Positions 48,188 to 58,230 of a stretch of 64,000 bases of DNA are shown piece after piece (the first letter of the stretch is position 1; the number at the start of each line of letters is the position of its first letter). The notes beneath the pieces were generated by a model. It was not told where the DNA came from. It did not search any database and saw nothing but the letters and a program-made list of their open reading frames with translations. A program made the position numbers and the translations under genes. Where the stretch lies: positions 72 to 64,071 of the IMG/VR virus record IMGVR_UViG_3300025655_000035. One strand, given 5' to 3'. The stretch is from a virus. Taxonomy: Duplodnaviria; Caudoviricetes.

Positions 48188-49465
48188 TTAAAATATTGAA
48201 CCATTACCAGAAGTCCCACTAGTCCCTGAAGTTAAAATTGCTACACAACAAGAACAACCGTTTATCCTTATTTTATCAATAGTATATGTATCAGTAGCCT
48301 CGGCAACCAAACATTCCGCATTAGACCAATTAACCGTTGTTGTTGTGTCTATAGATATAGCATCACCATATCCCATAGTAACAGAACTCCAAACATCATT
48401 TGTTGTTTTTTTATAAACCATATTACTTTGACAACCTGGTAAAGTATTTGTTGAGAAACTAACCCCGACGGTACTTAATGGACTACCCTGAGGTATCGAA
48501 TTTTTATTCAACACATTATTATTTATTAAACTTGCTGTTGTTGGTCCTGGTGATGAATTAAGCACATTTGTATGTAACACATCAAAGTTTATTGTAACAC
48601 CTGATGGTAAAGGTGGTGTTACAGAAATAACCGTGTTATATTGTTTAGTTAATGAATAAGGTGTACTACTAGTAACACTAGATGTGGTCACTACATTCAA
48701 ACTATATGTTGTATATATTTCAGAATTAGTTAATTGTACCGTTGAATAGAATGTATTATCTAAATCGTCCATAACAACCGCAGTGTAAGTTCCCTCACAT
48801 AAGTTATTGAATATTGGGGAATTACTGTAGGTGACTCCATTATCAATTGAGTATTGATATGGTGATTGCCCGTTAGATGGTACTAACACAATACTACCAT
48901 CACATTCACAAGTTGGTTGGTTTATGTTAACATACAATGATAATGGTAAAACTGAATCACATCTACCAGAATATGATGTTAAGTCTCCTTGACCTCCACC
49001 GATAGTATACCAACCTGAAATAGGTGGATAAGTCGAATTAGAGACAATTTCATATCCAAAAGTGTTACCACTAACTTTCCATTTATTTATCGTACCATCC
49101 CAAATTACTAAATAAGACTCATCGTCCGATATCCAAGATTGGTAACCGTTATATAGTCCGTTGCTATTGAAGTGGGTAATGGTGTCGGCATTTATAACTA
49201 AACAGAAGTCGTATGTTGTTGTTGCACTCTCAATAAATAATTCTTGATATAACCTACAATCTGTGTTGTATAAATAAAGAATAGTTGCGTCATCGGGAAC
49301 TGTTACATAGTATCCAGAAACTAACTCATTTAATGTAACACCTGTTGCTGGTGTGTAATAAAGATATTTCAACGCAATATGGTTATTATCTATTGAATTA
49401 TAATAAATGTTGTAAGGGCCAGGTGAGGTCCCTCCAGTAATTGTTATGTTATAATTTTGACTCAT
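48188..49465 (-). CDS. virion protein with SprB-like repeat
   Basis: PTCECDGSIVL..SNGQSPYQYSIDNG...FNNLCEGTY; C-terminal SGTSGTSG; start at ATG 49465. Confidence 0.7.
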   Translation of the reverse strand: MSQNYNITITGGTSPGPYNIYYNSIDNNHIALKYLYYTPATGVTLNELVSGYYVTVPDDATILYLYNTDCRLYQELFIESATTTYDFCLVINADTITHFNSNGLYNGYQSWISDDESYLVIWDGTINKWKVSGNTFGYEIVSNSTYPPISGWYTIGGGQGDLTSYSGRCDSVLPLSLYVNINQPTCECDGSIVLVPSNGQSPYQYSIDNGVTYSNSPIFNNLCEGTYTAVVMDDLDNTFYSTVQLTNSEIYTTYSLNVVTTSSVTSSTPYSLTKQYNTVISVTPPLPSGVTINFDVLHTNVLNSSPGPTTASLINNNVLNKNSIPQGSPLSTVGVSFSTNTLPGCQSNMVYKKTTNDVWSSVTMGYGDAISIDTTTTVNWSNAECLVAEATDTYTIDKIRINGCSCCVAILTSGTSGTSGNGSIF

Positions 49466-49470
49466 ATTTA

Positions 49471-50451
49471 CTAAATTGCGGTTATACAGGAACAATCGGT
49501 ATATGTTGAATCTACTACAAAATTACCAATACCCTCGTCAAATCTTGTTACTTCATAACAAGCGTTTATCACACTACCACCAGGCCATTTCACTTTAACA
49601 AAGTCCCCAATAGATACCAATCCATTATTGGGGATTCTTTTAATATCTAAATAATCTTCACAATTTCTAACCAACAAACTTCTCCAAGAAGCACTAGGTG
49701 ATGGTGTAGGTGTTGGTGTTTTGGTTGGTATTGGGTTTGCGTTAGGTGTTTTACTAACTGTAGGGGTTACAGTTGGAGTTGGTGAAACATTTGGGGTTGG
49801 TGTTATAGTTGGGGTGGGTGTTGGTGTAGTAGTTTGTGTTGGTGTTGGTGTTGGTGATGGTTGTGTTTCAAAATTAGAAACGACTGCCCCAAAATCACAA
49901 TTATTTTCTGAAGTTAATTCACAACTTGTGGTCGCACTAAAATCTCCGTAATAATCAATAACTGTTACACTATAAGTTCCGATAGTTAGGTTTTGAATTG
50001 CGGGAGCAATATTTCCATTACTCCAAATTATAGTATATGGTGGTGTCCCTCCTGTTATTGAAACGGACATTTCACCATCATCAGATGTTTGTGACGATGG
50101 ATTTGACGTTACACATTCAATCGTCATCGGAAATATAGTAACCACATTACACTCATTTACAGGTTGAGCTTGATACTGTATTGGTGTTGGGGTTGGGGTT
50201 TCGCAAGGATATTCATTAACACAATCACTACAACTATTTCCAAACCCAAGTAAACTTGTTGGGTTTGAGTAGATTGTCGAACCTGTCGGTATTTGATAAT
50301 CAATAACTTCACCGCAAATAGTGGTATCATCCAAGGTAACCGCAACAATATCACCATTAGTCCAAGCACTGATATAGGTTACTTCTACACCAAAGTAATT
50401 ATCCTCTTCATTCGTGTACTGACAGCACTTTTTAAAATAAAGTATTTGCAT
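49471..50451 (-). CDS. virion protein with SprB-like repeat and (TP)n tract
   Basis: [22 protein letters not shown]...[13 protein letters not shown]; long TP tract; Cys-rich ends; tandem TATTTATA at 50463-50476. Confidence 0.7.
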   Translation of the reverse strand: MQILYFKKCCQYTNEEDNYFGVEVTYISAWTNGDIVAVTLDDTTICGEVIDYQIPTGSTIYSNPTSLLGFGNSCSDCVNEYPCETPTPTPIQYQAQPVNECNVVTIFPMTIECVTSNPSSQTSDDGEMSVSITGGTPPYTIIWSNGNIAPAIQNLTIGTYSVTVIDYYGDFSATTSCELTSENNCDFGAVVSNFETQPSPTPTPTQTTTPTPTPTITPTPNVSPTPTVTPTVSKTPNANPIPTKTPTPTPSPSASWRSLLVRNCEDYLDIKRIPNNGLVSIGDFVKVKWPGGSVINACYEVTRFDEGIGNFVVDSTYTDCSCITAI

Positions 50452-50482
50452 TAGTTATTGATTATAAATATAAATAATCGCC

Positions 50483-51448
50483 TTATTGTTTTTTGACTAT
50501 CTCAACCATAAGTTCTATGTATTTTTTTGTAGAACTATTACTATCAACATAATCGAAAAAGTTTATATCCTCTTTTAACTTGTCTAAAGGATTAATATTT
50601 ATGTAATCACCTTTAAAAAATTTAGTATTCTTCAAATCAGCTGTCACACCCGCCATGTGTAAGATAGGTTTTTTATCATAAACCCTAATGTCATCAGTCG
50701 CCCAAGAAAAATCCAATTCTTTAGTAATTTTAGTTTCTTTATCAAAATACCATAAATTCCACAACAACGACCACATTTCCGCAGTCCAAAATTGTATTTG
50801 ACCAGGGTTGATTGGGAATCTTTTTTGGTAATCTAACATTTGGTTATACAATGGTGTACAATCCATATAAATTTTTTCCCACATCATCCAATCTGTTTTT
50901 TTAATTATATATTGACCCCCACCTGAATTTTTTTGGTTACACTCAATACATTCAGGTGTTACCCCAATGACATCACACATTTCATTTAATAATTGTAATC
51001 TATATGAATTTGGGTGATGTTTTTCATATCTATCACAACAATCTTTAATGTATTCATATCCTATATACCCAATCGTGTCTGATAGATAAATTATATCATC
51101 TTTAAGTAATTCTTCAAAATTAGGTAACTCCCTGAAAATAATATCCGAATCATGAAGAAAAAAACTATTCCCATATTCAGGATATTCTTTTAACCATTTA
51201 TAAACCAAAAAAGGTTTTATACTTGGTATATAATTTTTATCCTCTCTATCATCCAAATAGTGATGTACGTTAATACCCAATTTTTTTAATTCTAACGATT
51301 CTTTAGTTGGTTCAATATTTGGTGTTACAATACCAAACAAAACATGTATTTTATTTGGGTTAATACCCTTATTAATAAAATTCTCAACATAGACTCTTAC
51401 CTGCCAATGAAAATATGGGACATCTGGTTGTGAGGTTACAAAAAGCAT
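50483..51448 (-). CDS. GT-A glycosyltransferase resembling peptidyl-Ser galactosyltransferase / Hyp O-arabinosyltransferase (GT96/GT95)
   Basis: YFHWQ, YIPSIKP...KWL, DSD (DxD), GGGQY, WTAEMW and ILH in the order seen in plant SGT1/HPAT enzymes (by-eye recall). Confidence 0.65.
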   Translation of the reverse strand: MLFVTSQPDVPYFHWQVRVYVENFINKGINPNKIHVLFGIVTPNIEPTKESLELKKLGINVHHYLDDREDKNYIPSIKPFLVYKWLKEYPEYGNSFFLHDSDIIFRELPNFEELLKDDIIYLSDTIGYIGYEYIKDCCDRYEKHHPNSYRLQLLNEMCDVIGVTPECIECNQKNSGGGQYIIKKTDWMMWEKIYMDCTPLYNQMLDYQKRFPINPGQIQFWTAEMWSLLWNLWYFDKETKITKELDFSWATDDIRVYDKKPILHMAGVTADLKNTKFFKGDYININPLDKLKEDINFFDYVDSNSSTKKYIELMVEIVKKQ

Positions 51449-51525
51449 AATTATTAGTTTATTAAAATTAAATATAGATGAGTCTATTTGTTAATAAATG
51501 GTCTTTTAGGTAATATTTATTATAT

Positions 51526-51702
51526 ATGAAGTTGTTAAAAACAATATATAGATTAGTTGAGGACTCTAAAAAATCATTAGACTTAGCTTGTGAAAAAGGT
51601 GTAAGTGAAAAGGAGTTAGACCGCTTAGAAAAAAATTATAGCGACTCATTAAAATTAATGAGATTATACGAAAGTTTGTCTAAAAAAAATTCTGAAAAAT
51701 AA
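51526..51702 (+). CDS. 58-aa helical protein (not in ORF track)
   Basis: MKLLKTIYRLVEDSKKSLDLACEKGVSEKELDRLEKNYSDSLKLMRLYESLSKKNSEK; TATTTATT 4 nt upstream. Confidence 0.6.
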   Translation: MKLLKTIYRLVEDSKKSLDLACEKGVSEKELDRLEKNYSDSLKLMRLYESLSKKNSEK

Positions 51703-51704
51703 TC

Positions 51705-54269
51705 TTAACATCCTTCACCAATCAAAGCGTAAACCTCAACACCCGTTGTTGGGTCACAATAATATATTTGTAGTCCTAAAACAAAGTATCCCGTATATGG
51801 AGTGGTTAATGTAGTATCGGTATATAGTATGGTGCCAGCATCAAACGGATTAGTAACTGACGTATTTGTATAGACGTTTAATATTGAATATCCAGAATTA
51901 TAACATGCTGTTTGGTTACCAATACAAATATCTTCACAAGTTCTGATTTGCCAAGTTAGATAAGATAATGGTGGTGTACTTGTCGGTGTGGGTGTAGGTG
52001 TAGGTGTTTTAGTTGGCGTAGGTGATGCGTTAGGTGTTTTAGTTGGTGTAACAGATGGCGTTACCGTTGGTGTTGGTGTTACATCAGGTGTTCTAGTTAC
52101 CGTTGGTGTTGGTGTAGGCGTTACATCGACATCACAATCAACACATGATATATCATAATGTATTTTTAAATCTATTAAAACTTGAGTATCAGATATTGAA
52201 ATATCTGAATTACAATCGCTAATTATTTTAATACTATTAGTCTCAGCATCAATAATTACCGAACCAATACCTTCGAGCCCCATTAATAATTGTTCAATAG
52301 TTGTATACCATAAATTATCCGATGGATATTCGTTAAGTGTTGTTGCGGTAAAGAAATTTTTAGTTATATATGTGTCACCTAAAGTAACGTCAATTTGAAA
52401 AATTGCTTCGTTTAAAACACAATTAACATCGTTGATTGTTAAATCGTGAAACCCTTCGTTTAACATTTCTCTTAAACCTTTCTTAATTTGAGTGCCGTTA
52501 TTTGCAAAATCAGTATCACATATGGTGTAAGATTGGTAAGTTGAGATTGTATTTGTACCTATCAATGTAATATTTTTTGTTTTACTACACCCATCGCTAT
52601 CGGTTATTGATAACGAATAAGTCCCCGCGCTTAAATTTGTAACGGTTAACCCAGTTTGTCCACCAACATTTGTACTCCATTCCCACGTAAATTCAGGTTC
52701 ACCCGTTGTTATAAAAGAATTAATACTTCCATTATTACCTGCAGTAGGATTTTCACCAACTAAGATAAAATCAATGTTATTTGAGAAATCTACGGTGTAA
52801 GTTTCACTAAATGTACACCCAGTACTATCACTAATAGTTACTACATAAACACCTCCCGCTAAATTCGTAAAAGTATAACCACTTTCACTAGTTGGTCCAT
52901 ACGTAAATCCACCAACTTGGTATGTGTATGGAGATGTACCCCCCGTAACATTAATTTCTAAAGAACCATTTGGTAAATTACAAGTAGTTCCTGTTGTTGA
53001 AACTTCGGTATTAATATTTGTAAGGTTGTTAATAGTATAAGCACTTATAAAAGTACAAACACCGTCTTCAATTCTTAAATTATAAGTTCCTGCAGATAAA
53101 TTTGTAAATTGCCATGTCTGACTATTAGTACTTTGTGATACACTACCACCACTAGGATAAAATAGTGTGTAAGTGTAGTTTCCTGACCCACCAAAAACTT
53201 GGATTGGGTTTAGCGACCCTCCATTATTTCCACATATTGTAGGATTTACTGTAACATCGGTAATTGTAAATCCACCAGGTGGTATTACACTAGTTGACGC
53301 AGTAAAACTACATAATCCAGCATCGGTAACTTGTACTGTAAATATTCCTGAAGCTAAATTAGTAAATTCATATGATGGTTCAAAAGTTATCTGTATTGTT
53401 CCGTTTGAACCTGAATAGTAGTATGGTGCGGTGCCGCCAGTAATGTTTACAGTGACTCTACCGTCTGAAGCAAAACAACTAGGATTTTCTGTGACTAAAG
53501 AACCCAACCCAATAGGTTCTACTTGTTGCACAAGTGCTGATTTAGTAACTGCACATCCGTTATAATCCGTGACAGTAACACTATAAGTTCCTGAAGTTAA
53601 TCCTGTAATACTTGATGTTGTTTCACCATTATTCCAAAGGTATGTAAATGGAGGGTTTCCTGTTTCACCTGTCACATATAATTTACCAGAACTTACTGCA
53701 CATCCCGCATCATTAACAATATAAAAACCGTAATCAAAATTGGTTGAGTTTTTAACAATACATGTTTGTGTTTTACCAGTACATCCACCCCCGTCATCAA
53801 CTACAATGTAGTACGTGTCAGCTGATAAGAAATTACTAAACTCATAAACATCGGACAATGAGGTTGCGGAAACAATAAACTCGTTTTCATCATTATATAA
53901 ACTAAATGTTGCCTCACCATAATAATTTGTGGTGGACGCGGTAATACTTCCATTATCTAAACCGCAAGTAGTATTATCAATCGCCGTTATTGATGCACAA
54001 GTACCACTAGAAATATAAACGTTAACTGCTAAACTTGTATTAGTTGGTGTACAACTGTCTATAATATTAAATGTATATGTACCAGCAGATAATGTGTCTG
54101 CAGAAAATTGGGTAACACCTGACCCTAAAGCTATTGTTGAGGTATAGGGGCTAATCCACTGTATTGTGTAATCAGGTGCGTCACCATAGATATCAACAAT
54201 AAATTCACCTAAATTACTGTTGGTACAATCACCAGTTATTGATATACTATATCCTAAATTACAAGCCAT
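51705..54269 (-). CDS. multi-SprB-repeat fibre/adhesin-like virion protein with TP tract
   Basis: About 7 repeats of C...G.I.V..TGG..PY.Y.W...LxxGTYxVTVTD..GC; TP tract before a C-terminal Cys-containing module. Confidence 0.8.
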   Translation of the reverse strand: MACNLGYSISITGDCTNSNLGEFIVDIYGDAPDYTIQWISPYTSTIALGSGVTQFSADTLSAGTYTFNIIDSCTPTNTSLAVNVYISSGTCASITAIDNTTCGLDNGSITASTTNYYGEATFSLYNDENEFIVSATSLSDVYEFSNFLSADTYYIVVDDGGGCTGKTQTCIVKNSTNFDYGFYIVNDAGCAVSSGKLYVTGETGNPPFTYLWNNGETTSSITGLTSGTYSVTVTDYNGCAVTKSALVQQVEPIGLGSLVTENPSCFASDGRVTVNITGGTAPYYYSGSNGTIQITFEPSYEFTNLASGIFTVQVTDAGLCSFTASTSVIPPGGFTITDVTVNPTICGNNGGSLNPIQVFGGSGNYTYTLFYPSGGSVSQSTNSQTWQFTNLSAGTYNLRIEDGVCTFISAYTINNLTNINTEVSTTGTTCNLPNGSLEINVTGGTSPYTYQVGGFTYGPTSESGYTFTNLAGGVYVVTISDSTGCTFSETYTVDFSNNIDFILVGENPTAGNNGSINSFITTGEPEFTWEWSTNVGGQTGLTVTNLSAGTYSLSITDSDGCSKTKNITLIGTNTISTYQSYTICDTDFANNGTQIKKGLREMLNEGFHDLTINDVNCVLNEAIFQIDVTLGDTYITKNFFTATTLNEYPSDNLWYTTIEQLLMGLEGIGSVIIDAETNSIKIISDCNSDISISDTQVLIDLKIHYDISCVDCDVDVTPTPTPTVTRTPDVTPTPTVTPSVTPTKTPNASPTPTKTPTPTPTPTSTPPLSYLTWQIRTCEDICIGNQTACYNSGYSILNVYTNTSVTNPFDAGTILYTDTTLTTPYTGYFVLGLQIYYCDPTTGVEVYALIGEGC

Positions 54270-57200
54270 TAACTACAAACAATATTAAAGTTTATTCCCA
54301 CGTTTAATTTAAAATTCAATCCAACATCAGACAATGAACATATCATATTATATATTACCACTGTGTCATCTGTACTTAAATAGTAATCATAACCATAATT
54401 TTTTAAATCATTTAAAGCTTCCAATAAAGCTAAATCCCAATCATTAGTTGATGGTGAACTTAAAGTTGGGTCTAAATATCCAACCCCATTAAAGAATGAA
54501 TTTTGTATAATAGTTATATCGTCAATTTTTAATTCTACAAACCATTCAGTGTTTAAAGTATTTAATTGACAATCATTTAATACATAACCATTTTCAGTTA
54601 AATAGTTATTTAAAACCTCACCTAAAACACCATTAAAACTTGTAATAGTATTACTTTCATACCAAGGGTATTTACCACATTCTACAACTTGGATATCGCA
54701 GTCATATCTAAATATACTTGTGGTTAATTCACATGGTTTACAAGGTATTGGTACTAATTGACAACCTTCTTGTCTTCTCCAAACAAATTTTTGTCTATGA
54801 AATATTGAGTTTTCATATTTGACGCCAGTGTTCCATATTGTTGTTGCTGGTATCATCTGTTCTACTAACCTAACCCAATAATCACCCATACCTTCAACGT
54901 ACTCAATCATTGTTTTATACGTAAAATTATTATTCTCAATATTGACAAGTTGTTCTGATTCTAAATATTTCCAATAAATCGATGCTAATGTTGGGTATCC
55001 ACCAGTTTTACCGTCAGTGGCGAATTGCCTATTTCTAACATTAATCATATTTTTCCAAAAAGATTGGGCAAATTCAAAAAAGGTTTTTCTTTTTGGTTGA
55101 GGATTAATTACGGTCCAATCTATACCACCTTTTTGAGGATACAGTTGGGTTGGATTTGGGTCGCAATATGTTGGTGCAACATACCCCATACCTTGATTAG
55201 GTATTGGGAAGTTATATTGTCTAGACATATACCAAACATCATAAGCCAATCCTTGAGCAGGATTCATGAATAAATCAACATTTTTAACATTTAATACTAA
55301 TCGTTCATCATCAACATTATATAACGCATTTAAATTAGCATCTAAGTTAGACCTTAAACCTGTTTCATTTTCAGTCCAAGATTTATTGTTATCAACTTTA
55401 GGTGTTAAATAATATCCCAAACTCATGAATGGGAATTTTCTAAACTTATTCAAATAAACTTGACCATATGTGTATGGTATTAGGCTAGTTTGATAATTAG
55501 GGTTTGAGCCAGTAAAAACGCTCGTTGTTAGATTAACTTCCTCAGGTGCTCTGTGTTGTGGGGTTTGTTCAAACCAACCACTACCAATCTGAAAGAAATA
55601 CGACTCACTATCCTCAATTGCCCTTGGGTATCCTTCATCATCCATAGGATATTCATCTAAAGTAATGTTTACGTCTTGTATTACTGTTTCAGTAGTAAAT
55701 CCTGTGTAAGTAACTCCAAAAATTGAGAAGGTGTTACCTTGTTCTAAAGTTGGTAACTCTTGTACATATGTACCACCAGATATATTAAAATACTGTGTGT
55801 CGAATTGTGATAAATTTATTTTTTGGTCCGCTAAATAAACATATTCATTAAACTCAACCAAAGCTTCAGGTGCACCAATTAATGTTAATAATACTTCAAT
55901 TGATTTTCTAGTACCTTTGGATTTGAATAAGTAAGCCGAATTTAATATTAAATTTCTGTAGTATTGATAGTTTAACTCATCGGGAGTATTAGATTTAGAA
56001 AGCCCTGTAAATTGTGATGCGTCATTATTTTTTTGACCAAAAACAGAACTTAAAAAATCGTCTTTAGTTATTGGCGACATATTAATTGACCAACCTAAAG
56101 TTTGTGCCAAATTTTTTAATAGTTGTGATGGTATATCATTACCAACATTATAGTTAACCGAATTAATATATGCTAAGGCATCAATAAACTTTTTAGTTTC
56201 ATCAAAACTTCTACCATAAATCTGAAGTATTTTCTCCATTTTTTGGTCCGAAGTATCAAACTCTTTAAACGCGTCTGTAATAAAAAATCTAGAAACTAAA
56301 TTAGTTGTATATAAATCAAAAAATTCACTTACCTCATTTAATGAAACTAAATAAGTTTCAAAAGATTTTGTCACAATATCAATATTCCAAGACCCATATA
56401 GCGGCCACGTAATTGGTAAATACTCAGTATAATAACCACCCGTTTCAGTTTGTTTTGGTACTTGGAATGTTGCAGTATATATTGGTGATATTTCTCGATT
56501 TAATAGAAATTTCTCAACCTCATCTAATTCTTCATTGAATATTTTATTAACTTCGTAATCATTTGGTCTAACAACTAAATTATCGTAAATCACAGTTTGA
56601 TTAGAAAATGGATTACCCTCAACCGTAATATTTAAGGTACCTGTTGAGGTTGTTTGTGTCGGTACAATACTTAAAACACTATAACCATTACCGCTATAAT
56701 ATAAAGAATATTTAGAATATTGTAATGTCATATCCCTTAAAGGTGATACTTGGATTTCTCGTAATTCTAAATTTCTGGTTGAGTTTAATGAAAAATCAAC
56801 ATCAAACGGGTTTCGTAACTTAGACACATCCAAATCAAATGATGTTTGATTAAAAGTATCGTTATATACTATATTTGTTGCGGTAGCTCCCGTAACATAG
56901 TTAATACCCATAAATGTCGATTCAATAGCCGCGGGAAACTTACTAATAATGGTTTGTACTGACGATGATAGTCTTTTAACCATCGAACCATATAAAGTAA
57001 AATTAGTTATTTGTGATAAATCAAAATTAGGGTAAACTTTAAAATTATTTTCAAATATTGCTTTAGACTGAGCAACACTTTGTACACCCATACTTTCCAA
57101 ACTAATTGGGTTTGAAAATGTACCTGTATTAAAGTTCCTGTTACTTTTTTCATTGATTGCGGTTGTAAATTGAAAATTACCTTGCGTTAACCCACCTCCA

Positions 57201-57289
57201 GACACTAATTGGAATCCAACTAAATCGTCTGAAAACGTACCTGCTCCTGTGGCAGATTGTGGAGGACAAGTGTATTTTTTAACCGCCAT
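54269..57289 (-). CDS. baseplate wedge / tail-I-like structural protein
   Basis: LKNLAQTLGW...YRNLILNSAYLFKSKGTRKSIEVLL resembles the P2 gpI/baseplate motif; 1006 aa. Confidence 0.6.
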   Translation of the reverse strand: MAVKKYTCPPQSATGAGTFSDDLVGFQLVSGGGLTQGNFQFTTAINEKSNRNFNTGTFSNPISLESMGVQSVAQSKAIFENNFKVYPNFDLSQITNFTLYGSMVKRLSSSVQTIISKFPAAIESTFMGINYVTGATATNIVYNDTFNQTSFDLDVSKLRNPFDVDFSLNSTRNLELREIQVSPLRDMTLQYSKYSLYYSGNGYSVLSIVPTQTTSTGTLNITVEGNPFSNQTVIYDNLVVRPNDYEVNKIFNEELDEVEKFLLNREISPIYTATFQVPKQTETGGYYTEYLPITWPLYGSWNIDIVTKSFETYLVSLNEVSEFFDLYTTNLVSRFFITDAFKEFDTSDQKMEKILQIYGRSFDETKKFIDALAYINSVNYNVGNDIPSQLLKNLAQTLGWSINMSPITKDDFLSSVFGQKNNDASQFTGLSKSNTPDELNYQYYRNLILNSAYLFKSKGTRKSIEVLLTLIGAPEALVEFNEYVYLADQKINLSQFDTQYFNISGGTYVQELPTLEQGNTFSIFGVTYTGFTTETVIQDVNITLDEYPMDDEGYPRAIEDSESYFFQIGSGWFEQTPQHRAPEEVNLTTSVFTGSNPNYQTSLIPYTYGQVYLNKFRKFPFMSLGYYLTPKVDNNKSWTENETGLRSNLDANLNALYNVDDERLVLNVKNVDLFMNPAQGLAYDVWYMSRQYNFPIPNQGMGYVAPTYCDPNPTQLYPQKGGIDWTVINPQPKRKTFFEFAQSFWKNMINVRNRQFATDGKTGGYPTLASIYWKYLESEQLVNIENNNFTYKTMIEYVEGMGDYWVRLVEQMIPATTIWNTGVKYENSIFHRQKFVWRRQEGCQLVPIPCKPCELTTSIFRYDCDIQVVECGKYPWYESNTITSFNGVLGEVLNNYLTENGYVLNDCQLNTLNTEWFVELKIDDITIIQNSFFNGVGYLDPTLSSPSTNDWDLALLEALNDLKNYGYDYYLSTDDTVVIYNMICSLSDVGLNFKLNVGINFNIVCS

Positions 57290-58197
57290 TATTGTGTTAT
57301 GTTTGTAAAGTTTTTACTATAATCAATATTATTACCTCTATCTTGTCTAACTTCATACAATAACTCATTAAATTGGTCTCTAATTTCATATAAGTTATAT
57401 TGTCTGTATATGTTGTTGTTAGTATCATACATGGTGTATATACCATCATCAATAGATTTAGTTTGATTACCAAATAATGCGATTGCCAATGTTGAGAAAT
57501 CATGTTCCGCAATCTCAATATCCAAGGTTATTGGGTTGAAGAAGGTATTAGTTATTATAATATCTTGGTCTGGTTGTCCAATATATGGTGTGGCGTTTGG
57601 TTTATTTGTAGGTGAAGATGACGGTGATACAGTACAAAAAATAAGATTTGTGTTATTATCCGTATATCGATATCTAATTGCTTTTTGTGACGTATTTGTT
57701 AAATTTTGTACGACAGGCTCACAGAAAAAAGATGATGTAATTATTCTAAAAAAGTTTGGTACTTTTGTTCCGTCAGAATTTAAATATTCTATTCTGAAAC
57801 CGACTAAACCTTGATTAACAAACTTATTTCTGTATTGTGAAGGAACGTTATTTAAATCAATTACTAAACCTTTAACATTTGGTAGTGCAGATAATACACC
57901 ACAATCAGTAATACTTGTTCTAATTTGAGCGGGTCTAATGAATAGTGTGTAAATACCGATTTTATTGAATTGGTCGGCGGGTAATTTTAAGTTATACAAC
58001 CCCCCTAAAATTTCTATATTAGGATTACCCCCAGTATTAGCATTATTATAGTAAGGTCGTAAAATGGTTGTCGCATCAAGTTTTGTTAAAATGAAATTTT
58101 CAGTATCATCTCTTGATGGTGTGTAATTTAAGATAATCTCCACGTCTTCTGGAGATACATCAGCTGGTCTTATAGTTCCGTATGTTCCTGTTGCCAT
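57289..58197 (-). CDS. putative virion structural protein
   Basis: 302 aa; first gene after TATTTATA (58209-58216); TAATG coupling. Confidence 0.65.
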   Translation of the reverse strand: MATGTYGTIRPADVSPEDVEIILNYTPSRDDTENFILTKLDATTILRPYYNNANTGGNPNIEILGGLYNLKLPADQFNKIGIYTLFIRPAQIRTSITDCGVLSALPNVKGLVIDLNNVPSQYRNKFVNQGLVGFRIEYLNSDGTKVPNFFRIITSSFFCEPVVQNLTNTSQKAIRYRYTDNNTNLIFCTVSPSSSPTNKPNATPYIGQPDQDIIITNTFFNPITLDIEIAEHDFSTLAIALFGNQTKSIDDGIYTMYDTNNNIYRQYNLYEIRDQFNELLYEVRQDRGNNIDYSKNFTNITQ

Positions 58198-58230
58198 TTT
58201 ATTTTATTTATAAATATTCTTTTTATTTTT

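Noticed and set aside
43160-49951. Antisense Gly/Val-rich ORFs (43160-43405, 49721-49951)
   Set aside because: They are the reverse-strand shadow of ACN-CCN (Thr-Pro) repeats.
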